This document shows positions 10,275 through 17,707 of a DNA stretch of 41,447 nt, piece by piece (position 1 is the stretch's first letter; every line of letters begins with the position of its first letter). A program made the translations under genes and the position numbers. This DNA comes from Candidatus Micrarchaeota archaeon CG_4_10_14_0_2_um_filter_60_11 (GTDB lineage: Archaea; Micrarchaeota; Micrarchaeia; Norongarragalinales; Norongarragalinaceae): NCBI GenBank assembly GCA_002792915.1, contig PFPF01000034.1:1-41447 (forward strand), given 5' to 3'. Below the pieces are notes generated by a model that ran no database searches, was not told where the DNA came from, and worked only from the letters and a program-made list of their open reading frames with translations.

Positions 10275-10646
10275 TCAGATTATTTGGTCGAGCGTCAAGC
10301 CGGACTGGGATTCGCGGCTGTTCAGCGTGAAGCCCTTATCCGCCTCGTTGAACACCGCGAGCGGGAAGAAGTGCCAGCCTTTGCGTGCGACTTTCCACGC
10401 GACGTAAACGGGCATTCCAGTCGTCGCCTGCCACTGCTGCATTATTCTGAACTTCGCCTTCTCGATGTACAGGTTGTTCTTCCACGCCTTGCATTCGATT
10501 GCGAACTTCTTAGTCGTATGCAGCGCGATCAGGTCGGGCGACACGCCGTCCACTCCCGAACCGCTGGCTCGGACAACAAAAAAGCCCTTGGCGATTAGCA
10601 GTTTTTTCAGCTCGCGTTCGGCTGCCGAGCCCTTGTTGTAAGACAT
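10275..10646 (-). CDS. hjc: Holliday junction resolvase Hjc
   Basis: 'GSAAERELKKLLIAKGFFVVRASGSG...PDLIALH...FAIECKAW' (E...D...ExK nuclease motifs). 123 aa. Confidence 0.88.
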   Translation of the reverse strand: MSYNKGSAAERELKKLLIAKGFFVVRASGSGVDGVSPDLIALHTTKKFAIECKAWKNNLYIEKAKFRIMQQWQATTGMPVYVAWKVARKGWHFFPLAVFNEADKGFTLNSRESQSGLTLDQII

Positions 10647-10739
10647 CGCACGCGTTACGCCGCGCCGGCTTTTAACGCATACGCATTTAAACCGCTTCGC
10701 GCCGTTATTGTTCAGCGATTATAGAGGGAGGTTGTCGTA

Positions 10740-11042
10740 ATGCCTGAACGCGAACTGTTTTTGAAGCAGAGGGAAGGCAAGTTTTCGCTTAAGCCCGCGC
10801 CCGAGGCGCCTTTGACAAACGAGCGGCCCGCAAAGCTGCTTTTCAAGAGCACCAAAACGCCCGCCTACCTGCTTAGGAACCCGGGTTTGCACGCGCTGCT
10901 TAACCCTACGCACGAGGAAGGCGCGTACCGCAAGTTTGTGCGGTATAAACTCGGCCCGAACCCGCCAGCCAGCAGGGAGAACATCGCCGACTTGTTCCGC
11001 AATAACTACCCGCAGCGCGCCGCCAAGACCTACCGCAAGTAA
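10740..11042 (+). CDS. Hypothetical small basic protein (100 aa)
   Basis: ATG preceded by a strong 'GGAGG' 8 nt upstream and an 'ATTTAAA' box about 50 nt upstream. No recognisable domain. Confidence 0.5.
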   Translation: MPERELFLKQREGKFSLKPAPEAPLTNERPAKLLFKSTKTPAYLLRNPGLHALLNPTHEEGAYRKFVRYKLGPNPPASRENIADLFRNNYPQRAAKTYRK

Positions 11043-11111
11043 TTGTCGTCGCCTGCCGTTTTCGCGAACCTATTTAAATGCGGAAACGGAAATTGTTGGG
11101 ATAAGGTTTAA

Positions 11112-11534
11112 ATGGAGACAGGCATCAAAGTCGGAGACTGCATGAAGACGGTCCTGGTTACCGTCGGCGAAGATTCTTCGCTGAAGGACGCCGCCTCTAG
11201 GATGAAGCAATCCAAGGTGGGCAGCCTTTTGGTGACCAACAAGGCCGGGAAGATTTACGCGATTATAACCGCGGAGGACATCGTCACGAAGGCGGTGGCT
11301 TCCGAACGGTTGAGCGAGCCCGTCAAGGCGTTCGCCAGCAAGCCCCTCGTCGGCATAAAAGTCGACGCGGACTTGAGGGATGCCGCCAAGCTGATGGGCG
11401 AGAAGAACATAAAGCGGCTCGTGGTCCACAAGGGCGACGGGTCAATCGCGGGAATACTCTCGGAAAGGGACATAGTCAGGATCTCTCCTTCTTTGTACGA
11501 CCTGATCGCCGAGAGGGAAAAATTGAACCGTTGA
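11112..11534 (+). CDS. CBS-domain pair protein
   Basis: Two CBS repeats ('VGDCMKTVLVTVGEDSSLKDAASRMKQSKVGSLLV', 'IKVDADLRDAAKLMGEKNIKRLVV...GILSERDIV'). 'TATTTAAAT' box about 35 nt upstream. Confidence 0.85.
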   Translation: METGIKVGDCMKTVLVTVGEDSSLKDAASRMKQSKVGSLLVTNKAGKIYAIITAEDIVTKAVASERLSEPVKAFASKPLVGIKVDADLRDAAKLMGEKNIKRLVVHKGDGSIAGILSERDIVRISPSLYDLIAEREKLNR

Positions 11535-11636
11535 ATCACCCGCCCGCGCGTGATGCGCGTAGGATGGCTCCCCCGACGCCGCAAGGCGAATGGAGGGGCA
11601 GTTCAACATGCGCGCGCAAAGCGGGGGTATGGCGCA

Positions 11637-12062
11637 ATGAATGCCGTTGAAAGGCTGCGTGAAACGGGCAGGCTGCTGCGAACGCTTGAGACGCGAGTAA
11701 TCGTGGTCGAAGGCGAACGCGACGAGGCTGCCCTGCGCGGCATCGGCATCAATGCGCCGGTGATTCAAGCGACGGGTTCGGTCGAGCGCCTCGTGGCGCG
11801 CGTTTTGCGCGCCTCCCGAGGCAGGGACAAGAGCGTTGCGCTCCTGTTCGATTGGGATGCCGAAGGCAGGAGGAAGGTGCGCTTTTTCGAGGCGCGCTTC
11901 CGGGCCGAAGGCGAGTCCCGCGTGCTCGACCGCGTGACGCCGTTGCGGTTCAAGGCCCTCCTTGGCGTGCTCTTCGTCGAAGAAGCTTCGTCGAAGTTCT
12001 CCAGAATAACGGAGGAAGGAATGAAATGGGAAAGACGTGCATTGATACAGTCAAGTACATGA
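11637..12062 (+). CDS. Small stand-alone Toprim-domain protein
   Basis: 'VIVVEGERDEAALRGIGI' (Toprim Glu) and 'LLFDWDAEGRR' (DxD). Start set at the ATG at 11637. The 3' end overlaps dnaG by 37 nt. Confidence 0.65.
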   Translation: MNAVERLRETGRLLRTLETRVIVVEGERDEAALRGIGINAPVIQATGSVERLVARVLRASRGRDKSVALLFDWDAEGRRKVRFFEARFRAEGESRVLDRVTPLRFKALLGVLFVEEASSKFSRITEEGMKWERRALIQSST

Positions 12063-13423
12063 TTCGCGCGCGCTTCGAGGTCGACGGCCTGATCGAGAAG
12101 CCGGACATCGTCGGCGCGCTGTTCGGGCAGACGGAAGGTTTGCTCGGCGATGAGCTGGATCTCCGCGAGCTCCAGAAGAACGGCCGCATCGGCCGCATCG
12201 AGGTCGAGGCGAACGTCCGCGGGGGCAAGAGTTTCGGCGCGATTCTCGTGCCGTCCAGCCTGGACATGGTCGAGACCAGCATTTTGGGCGCCGCGCTCGA
12301 AATAGTCGACCGCGTGGGGCCCTGCGAAGCCCGCGTTTCCGTCGAGAAGATAGAAGACACGCGCAACTTGAAGCGCAAACAGGTCCTCAACCGCGCGAAG
12401 GAGCTGCTCAAGGGGATGCTCTTGAACGAGATTCCCGAAAGCAAGGAACTCAGCGAAATGGTTCGCGACGAGGCCAAAGTCAGCGAAATCGTGGCTTACG
12501 GGCCCGACCAGCTGCCCGCAGGGCCCGACGTGACGTCAAGCGAAACCATCGTCATGGTGGAAGGCCGCGCGGACGTGCTGAACCTGCTCAAGAACGGCAT
12601 CAAGAACGTGGTAGCCATCGGCGGAGCCAACGTTGGCGAAACCGTGGCGCGCCTCGGCCGCGAAAAAGAGCTGACCGTCTTCCTTGACGGCGACCGCGGC
12701 GGGGACATCATCCTCAAGGAGCTGATGGACGCGACGGACGTGGATTACGTCGCGCGCGCTCCGCCCGGAATGGAAGTCGAGGACTTGACGCGCAAGGAAA
12801 TAATCAAGGCGCTGCGCAGGAAGGTGCCCGTGGACCAGGCCAACCAATTGAAGGGAGGCGGGGACCGCGAGCGCCGCCGCGACTTCGACCGCGACCGCGA
12901 GGAGCGCCGCGAGTTCGACCGCGGCGACGGAGGCAACCGTGACGCGCGCAGGTCGCCCGTTGAGCGCCAAGAGCGCAGTGCCGAGCGCCCAGAGCGTGCC
13001 GAACGCGTTGAACGCGGCGAACGCTTCGAGCGCCCAGCCGGCGCTGAGCGCACCGAACGCGGCGAGAAATACTCGGAAGCTTCGCCGCTCGCGCGGGAAG
13101 TCGCCTCCGAGCCCGCAACCGTGCTGACGCCCGAAGAGGCGGCGAAAGTCGTGGAGGCGCGCAAGGTGCTAAAGGAGCTGGAAGGCTCGCTGAAGGCGCG
13201 CCTGTTGAGCGCGGATTCGACGACCTTGTCCGAGGTTCCCATCCGCGAAATCATGAGGTCGCTGGAGGAAACGCAGGGCGTGCACGCCGTCGTTCTCGAC
13301 GGCATCGTCACCCAGCGCCTCGTGGATTTGGCGGAACAGAAGGGTGCCAAGTTCATCGTGGGCATCCGTTCGGGCAACCTGACGCGCAAGCCGACGAGCC
13401 TGAAAATAGTTTTGGGCCAGTAG
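12026..13423 (+). CDS. dnaG: Archaeal DnaG (Toprim primase-like, exosome-associated) with an Arg/Glu/Asp-rich low-complexity insert
   Basis: N-terminus 'KYMIRARFEVDGLIEKPDIVGALFGQTEGLLGDELDLRELQKNGRIGRIEV' is typical of archaeal DnaG. Toprim motifs 'IVMVEGRADVLNLLKNGI' and 'VFLDGDRGGD'. Start at the ATG at 12026. Confidence 0.9.
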   Translation: MGKTCIDTVKYMIRARFEVDGLIEKPDIVGALFGQTEGLLGDELDLRELQKNGRIGRIEVEANVRGGKSFGAILVPSSLDMVETSILGAALEIVDRVGPCEARVSVEKIEDTRNLKRKQVLNRAKELLKGMLLNEIPESKELSEMVRDEAKVSEIVAYGPDQLPAGPDVTSSETIVMVEGRADVLNLLKNGIKNVVAIGGANVGETVARLGREKELTVFLDGDRGGDIILKELMDATDVDYVARAPPGMEVEDLTRKEIIKALRRKVPVDQANQLKGGGDRERRRDFDRDREERREFDRGDGGNRDARRSPVERQERSAERPERAERVERGERFERPAGAERTERGEKYSEASPLAREVASEPATVLTPEEAAKVVEARKVLKELEGSLKARLLSADSTTLSEVPIREIMRSLEETQGVHAVVLDGIVTQRLVDLAEQKGAKFIVGIRSGNLTRKPTSLKIVLGQ

Positions 13424-13435
13424 AAAGCAAATAAC

Positions 13436-13479
13436 GGGGGCGGCGTCCCCCTTCCCCTTTTTCTTGATTTTTATTTTTG
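13436..13479 (+). terminator. Hairpin plus oligo-T tracts downstream of dnaG
   Basis: 'GGGGGCGGCGTCCCCC' stem-loop followed by 'TTTTTCTTGATTTTTATTTTTGT'. Archaeal termination typically occurs at oligo-T. Confidence 0.4.
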
Positions 13480-13557
13480 TTGCGAGGCTTGCCTTTCCGC
13501 GGCGAAAGCCACCCTTTTTTATTTCGGCGCGCCTTGATTCCTGGCGGTGGTGTTTCC

Positions 13558-13857
13558 GTGCATTCGATAGTCAGGCGTTTGAAGAGCAAGGTCTTGTCCG
13601 CCGGCGTGTCCGCCGAAGGCGTCGGCATAATCCAGCTGCGCAAGCGCGTCACCGAGGCGGAGTTCAAGGCCGCGGCAAAAGAGCAGGGATTGAAGACGAA
13701 CTTCCAGGGTTCCAAGAAGTATTTGGAGGCGCGCAACCCGAAGGACCAGCTCGTCGCGGTTCTCGTAGACTACAACCACCTGATACTGCCGAAGCACGCG
13801 CATTCCAAGCAGGCCGCGTTCGACTTGGCGAAGTCGCTGTTGGGGGCCAAGGAATGA
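13558..13857 (+). CDS. Hypothetical 99-aa protein translationally coupled to the Lon-like ATPase
   Basis: GTG start after 'GGTGGTG'. Protein-like composition. The stop overlaps the next start (ATGA at 13854-13857). Confidence 0.45.
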   Translation: MHSIVRRLKSKVLSAGVSAEGVGIIQLRKRVTEAEFKAAAKEQGLKTNFQGSKKYLEARNPKDQLVAVLVDYNHLILPKHAHSKQAAFDLAKSLLGAKE

Positions 13858-15269
13858 AATTCAAGTCGACGGCTGACGTCGCAATACCCGCGGACCCGCT
13901 CGCACAGGTCATCGGGCAGGACCACGCCGTTGAAATCGCGAAAATCGCCGCGCGCCAGCGGCGCCACCTGCTGCTGGTCGCCGCGCCCGGAACGGGTAAA
14001 AGCATGTTGGCTCAAGCAGTCGCATTCCAATTGCCTTCGCCCACCGAGGAAATCTCGGTTTTGCACAACCCCGCGAACCCCGAGCGGCCTTCCGTCGAAA
14101 TCCGCACGCAGTCGGACGCGGTTAAAGAGAGAAAATTGCGGGAGCGCATTCAAGGCAGGCTGGTGGCGCCGATCGACGTGCCGTCATTCGTCGCGGAACG
14201 CCTTGGCTTCAGGTGCCCGCGTTGCGGGGCGCTGGGCCGCGCAGCCGACCGCGCGTGCGCGAATTGTGGCGCGGACAAGTCGTACGCGTTGAACCCGTTC
14301 TCGAACATTTACGTCGAAGAAAAGGACGCACCCCGCCGCGTGCACACCACGCGCCTCAAGGAGGACAACTCGGAAGAGGTAATCGTTTACGAGCGGATGG
14401 GGGAAAAAGTCCGCGTGCTCGACCAGGCCGCGCTCGAACAGCTGGACGCGCTGCAGAAGCGCCAGCCGCGCAAGATAATCGTGCCCTTCGAGCGCAACAC
14501 TTTCGTAGTCGCGACGGGTGCCTCCGAAACAGAGCTGCTGGGCGACGTGCGGCACGACCCGTACGGCGGCCACCAGCAAATCGGCACGCCGCCCTATCTC
14601 CGCGTTGTTCCCGGCGCCATTCACGAGGCGCACCAGGGCGTCCTGTTCATCGACGAGTTGAGCGCGCTTGCGTACATACAGCGCTTCCTCCTCACCGCGA
14701 TGCAAGAGAAAAAGTACTCAATCGTCGGGCGCAACCCGCAGAGCGCGGGCGCGAGCGTGAAAGTCGAGGGCGTGCCCTGCGACTTCGTATTGATTGCCGC
14801 GTCCAACATCAACGACTTGCCCGCCATACTCCCGCCTCTGCGCAGCCGCGTCATAGGCAACGGCTATGAAGTCCTGCTGGACACTGTGATGCCCGACACC
14901 CCCGTTAACCGGGAAAAAATCTGGCAATTCGTGGCGCAGGAAATACGCAAGGACGGAAAAATACCGCACGCTTCGCCGGAAGCCATGGAGGAAATAATCG
15001 CGGTGTCCGCAAAGAAGGCGAAGGAGTACGACGACGCGGACTCTTCGCTGACGCTTCGTTTCCGCGAGTTGAGCGGCCTCGTGCGCCTCGCGGGGGACAT
15101 CGCCGTCGTGGAGGGCGCGCCGCTCATACTGCCAGAATTCATCGGCAAGGCGTTGAAGCGCGGCGCGCGCGTCGAGAAGCAAATCGAGGAGCGTTACGGC
15201 TCGCTGTGGAAGGGCGGGCAGGCCGACTCGGCAAAGCCAGTTTCAAAGGACGAGCGCAGTTTCGGCTGA
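13854..15269 (+). CDS. LonB-like AAA+ ATPase without a protease domain. A zinc ribbon sits in place of the LonB membrane hairpin.
   Basis: 'VIGQDHAVEIAKIAARQRRHLLLVAAPGTGKSMLAQAV' (Walker A). 'CPRCG...x11...CANCG'. 'LLGDVRHDPYGG', 'GVLFIDELS' (Walker B), 'LIAASN', 'PPLRSRV'. The protein ends after the AAA+ lid (472 aa) with no Ser-Lys protease domain and no hydrophobic TM segment. Confidence 0.75.
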   Translation: MKFKSTADVAIPADPLAQVIGQDHAVEIAKIAARQRRHLLLVAAPGTGKSMLAQAVAFQLPSPTEEISVLHNPANPERPSVEIRTQSDAVKERKLRERIQGRLVAPIDVPSFVAERLGFRCPRCGALGRAADRACANCGADKSYALNPFSNIYVEEKDAPRRVHTTRLKEDNSEEVIVYERMGEKVRVLDQAALEQLDALQKRQPRKIIVPFERNTFVVATGASETELLGDVRHDPYGGHQQIGTPPYLRVVPGAIHEAHQGVLFIDELSALAYIQRFLLTAMQEKKYSIVGRNPQSAGASVKVEGVPCDFVLIAASNINDLPAILPPLRSRVIGNGYEVLLDTVMPDTPVNREKIWQFVAQEIRKDGKIPHASPEAMEEIIAVSAKKAKEYDDADSSLTLRFRELSGLVRLAGDIAVVEGAPLILPEFIGKALKRGARVEKQIEERYGSLWKGGQADSAKPVSKDERSFG

Positions 15270-15321
15270 CCAACCCGCTGGTTCGGTTGACTTTTTATTC
15301 GGTTCCGCCAAATAATTGTTC

Positions 15322-15669
15322 ATGCCGCGGGAACCGCTGAACGTAGTGCTGGTTAGGGGCTTCGAGCCGCGCGCAGGTCTGCTCGACTTGGAGGGGCTCG
15401 TGCGGCAATTCAAGGAGGCGCGGTTCGACCCGCAAGGTTATCACGTGTTCCTGCTTCCGGAGTACCGCTTCGGTTCGGAGTTCAAGGGGTTGCACAAGCG
15501 CAACAAGGCCGCCTTGCGGCGCGTGCAGGAACTATTAAAAGGGACGAACTGGAGCGTCGCGTTCTCGGTCAACGAAGGCGTGCCTTCCGGGTTGTCCAAC
15601 ACGGGCTACCTGGAGCGCGACCGAGGCGGTCGTGCGCCCCAAAACCGCCATGCCTATGCCCGATCTTGA
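15322..15669 (+). CDS. Hypothetical protein, N-terminal part of a possible carbon-nitrogen-hydrolase-like gene
   Basis: 'VFLLPEY' and 'SNTGYL' resemble CN-hydrolase motifs. 'TTTTTATT' box about 25 nt upstream of the ATG at 15322. Confidence 0.4.
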   Translation: MPREPLNVVLVRGFEPRAGLLDLEGLVRQFKEARFDPQGYHVFLLPEYRFGSEFKGLHKRNKAALRRVQELLKGTNWSVAFSVNEGVPSGLSNTGYLERDRGGRAPQNRHAYARS

Positions 15670-16255
15670 CGCGATAAACGCCCAGGGCGGCCGCTTGACT
15701 TTCGAGAGGATGGATGCGCTGTGGCGCGGACTTTCGGAGGAGTCCAAGCGGGGGCTATTGAGGCTCGTTCAACCGTGGCGGCCGTTCTTTGGCAAACGCC
15801 GGGATGTCGGCAACCTTTCAACAAGCCAGCTTGACGAGCGCTGGTCCGGGCTGAAACCCGAGGACAAGAGGTTCCTGGTGAGGGATTTGTTCAAGTCGAA
15901 GTGGAACCGCCGCAGCCGCACGGTCGAAAGCCGACCGTTCAGGACGATTGAATTGGGCGGCCACAAGGTAGAGCATAGGGTTTGCGCGGACGCGGGGGTG
16001 GACGCGCCGCAAGACGAGGCGGCCGTAACGCTGATTTCTGCAAGCGGCTTGGAGATGACTCGCGCCGGCATTGGCAGGCTGCCGTTCTTGCGCAGCAAAG
16101 TGGTCGTGAACGACTCCATGCAGGGGTATACGCCGCGACTTTACCTCTACAGCCGGCTTTACCGGCTGCACGAGTCCGTGGGCGAGGCGAACCGGGCGCT
16201 TGCAGGGCATGCATTAAAGCTGCGCTTTTTCGACGCGCGCCCGGCTAGCCGCTGA
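15632..16255 (+). CDS. Hypothetical protein. Possibly the +1-frame continuation of the preceding ORF.
   Basis: 'FRTIELGGHKVEHRVCADAG' resembles the CN-hydrolase catalytic Cys region. Internal repeat 'ERMDALWRGLSEESKRGLLR' / 'QLDERWSGLKPEDKRFLVR'. Overlaps the previous ORF by 38 nt in another frame. Confidence 0.4.
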   Translation: MRPKTAMPMPDLDAINAQGGRLTFERMDALWRGLSEESKRGLLRLVQPWRPFFGKRRDVGNLSTSQLDERWSGLKPEDKRFLVRDLFKSKWNRRSRTVESRPFRTIELGGHKVEHRVCADAGVDAPQDEAAVTLISASGLEMTRAGIGRLPFLRSKVVVNDSMQGYTPRLYLYSRLYRLHESVGEANRALAGHALKLRFFDARPASR

Positions 16256-16769
16256 GCGCCATTCCGATGAGGCCGCGTACGATTACCGAGTTGTTTACCA
16301 TGAATGCCTGCCCGCCTTCGATTTCGATGCGCCCGTCCACCTTGAGGCAGTCGCACCCGCTCCCCGAAATCACGATTTGCGGGTTCGAGCAGAACGAGGT
16401 GTTCTCGTCGCAGCCGATTTTGCTGCCGTCGTCGACGATCTCGTAAACGTAAACCATTTTTCCGCGGGACGCGAGCGCGTACGCGACTTCCGCGCCCATC
16501 ATCGCGACGCCGGAAGTCTGCGTGCTGTTCAGCGCGGTGGTGTGCTCCTCGATGCGGATTACCGGGTCCGCGAGAACGGTTTTGATGCCCTGCCGCGCGT
16601 CGCCGGCCGAGCGGATGTGCAACCCGTTAAGCACGACTTCGTTCGGCGTCATTATGCTGTATGCCATGTAAGCTGCGCCGATCAGGAACACCAGCGCGAC
16701 GCCGGCGAGCAGCATCGTTTCCGTGTTCGCGCCTTTCGCCTCTTTTTCGGTTTTGTTTTCAACGGTCAC
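16245..16769 (-). CDS. Hypothetical N-terminally membrane-anchored protein (about 174 aa)
   Basis: The GTG start overlaps the rnz stop (GTGA). TM 'MLLAGVALVFLIGAAYMAYSI' followed by a Cys-containing soluble domain. The long N-terminal extension in the track (to 17291) overlaps rnz and is Arg-rich junk. Confidence 0.5.
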   Translation of the reverse strand: MTVENKTEKEAKGANTETMLLAGVALVFLIGAAYMAYSIMTPNEVVLNGLHIRSAGDARQGIKTVLADPVIRIEEHTTALNSTQTSGVAMMGAEVAYALASRGKMVYVYEIVDDGSKIGCDENTSFCSNPQIVISGSGCDCLKVDGRIEIEGGQAFMVNNSVIVRGLIGMALSG

Positions 16770-17653
16770 AAGCTCAACTCCAAACCCTCTTCCGCGGCCA
16801 CGGTTTCGGGGAATATTTTCTTGGCTTCGGCGAGCAGCGGCTTGCGGTCTTCGTACCGGTTGCTGAAGTGCGTCAGCGCGAGGCGCCCAGCTTTCGCCTT
16901 TACGGCCAGCTCGGCTGCCTGCGTCGCGGTGGCGTGCTTCTTTTCCGCTGCCATCGCCGCCTCGGATTGCGAAAAGCACGAGTCGTGAATCAGCAGGTCC
17001 GCGCCCTTCGCGGCCTCGGCCAGCGTCCTGCACGGCGCGGTGTCGCCCGAGTAAACCAGCTTCTTGCCTTTCTGCCTGTAGCTTACGTCTTCGAGCTTGA
17101 CGGCCTTCTTCCCGATTTTGATTTTGCCTTTTTCCAGCAGCCGGGTGAACAGCTCGCCCTTGATTCCGGCGGCCTTTGCCTTGTCCTCGTAAAAACGCGT
17201 TTTTTCGGGCTCTTCCAGGACGAATCCGAGCGCGGGGCAGCCGTGCTCGACCGGGAAGCAGGAAATCGTGAAGAATTCGGCGCGTAGGCACTCGCCTTCG
17301 CCGCAGTCCTTGATTTCAACCGGGAAAGCCGGCGCGAGTTGGCGCAACGCGAAAACCGAGGACAGGAACTGCTTCGTCCCGCGGGGTCCGTAAACTCGAA
17401 GCGGTTCGGTGCGGCCGATCAGGTTCATGGTTTGCACGAGTCCGAACAATCCGAGGAAGTGGTCGGCATGCAGGTGGCTCAGGAAAACCGCCTTGATGCG
17501 TCCGTAGCTGGCGTTGTTCTTCATCATCTGGCGCTGGCAGCCCTCGCACGCGTCGAACAGGTAGACCCCGCCGCAGGTAACCGCGAAACAGCTGGAGTGG
17601 TGCCTGGGCGAGGGAAGCGAGGCGCTCGAACCAAGGAAGGTGACTTTAATCAT
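16766..17653 (-). CDS. rnz: Ribonuclease Z (tRNA 3' endonuclease, metallo-beta-lactamase fold)
   Basis: 'MIKVTFLGSSASLP', 'FLSHLHADHFLGLFGL' (HxHxDH), 'DLLIHDSCF', 'LALTHFSNRY'. Confidence 0.88.
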   Translation of the reverse strand: MIKVTFLGSSASLPSPRHHSSCFAVTCGGVYLFDACEGCQRQMMKNNASYGRIKAVFLSHLHADHFLGLFGLVQTMNLIGRTEPLRVYGPRGTKQFLSSVFALRQLAPAFPVEIKDCGEGECLRAEFFTISCFPVEHGCPALGFVLEEPEKTRFYEDKAKAAGIKGELFTRLLEKGKIKIGKKAVKLEDVSYRQKGKKLVYSGDTAPCRTLAEAAKGADLLIHDSCFSQSEAAMAAEKKHATATQAAELAVKAKAGRLALTHFSNRYEDRKPLLAEAKKIFPETVAAEEGLELSL

Positions 17654-17707
17654 GCCTTATTCTTGAAGCCCAAAGGGCTTTTATTGGTTGCCGCCCTGTT
17701 AGGAACC

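Noticed and set aside
13854-15269. Idea that the upstream Lon-like ATPase is the missing C-extein partner of the split LonB
   Set aside because: It has its own complete N-terminus and Walker A. It has no IntC-like leader (no blocks F/G or a terminal His-Asn) and no protease domain, so it is a separate paralogue.
16770-17291. N-terminal 174 codons of track ORF 16245..17291 (348 aa)
   Set aside because: This part overlaps rnz in another frame and is Arg/Gly-rich. The credible gene begins at the GTG at 16769, which overlaps the rnz stop. Similar 5' over-extensions were trimmed for these track ORFs:
- 27087..28085 (ogg)
- 13464..15269
- 11852..13423 (dnaG)
- 31395..32804
- 30850..31662
- 17339..18796
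- 9870..10271
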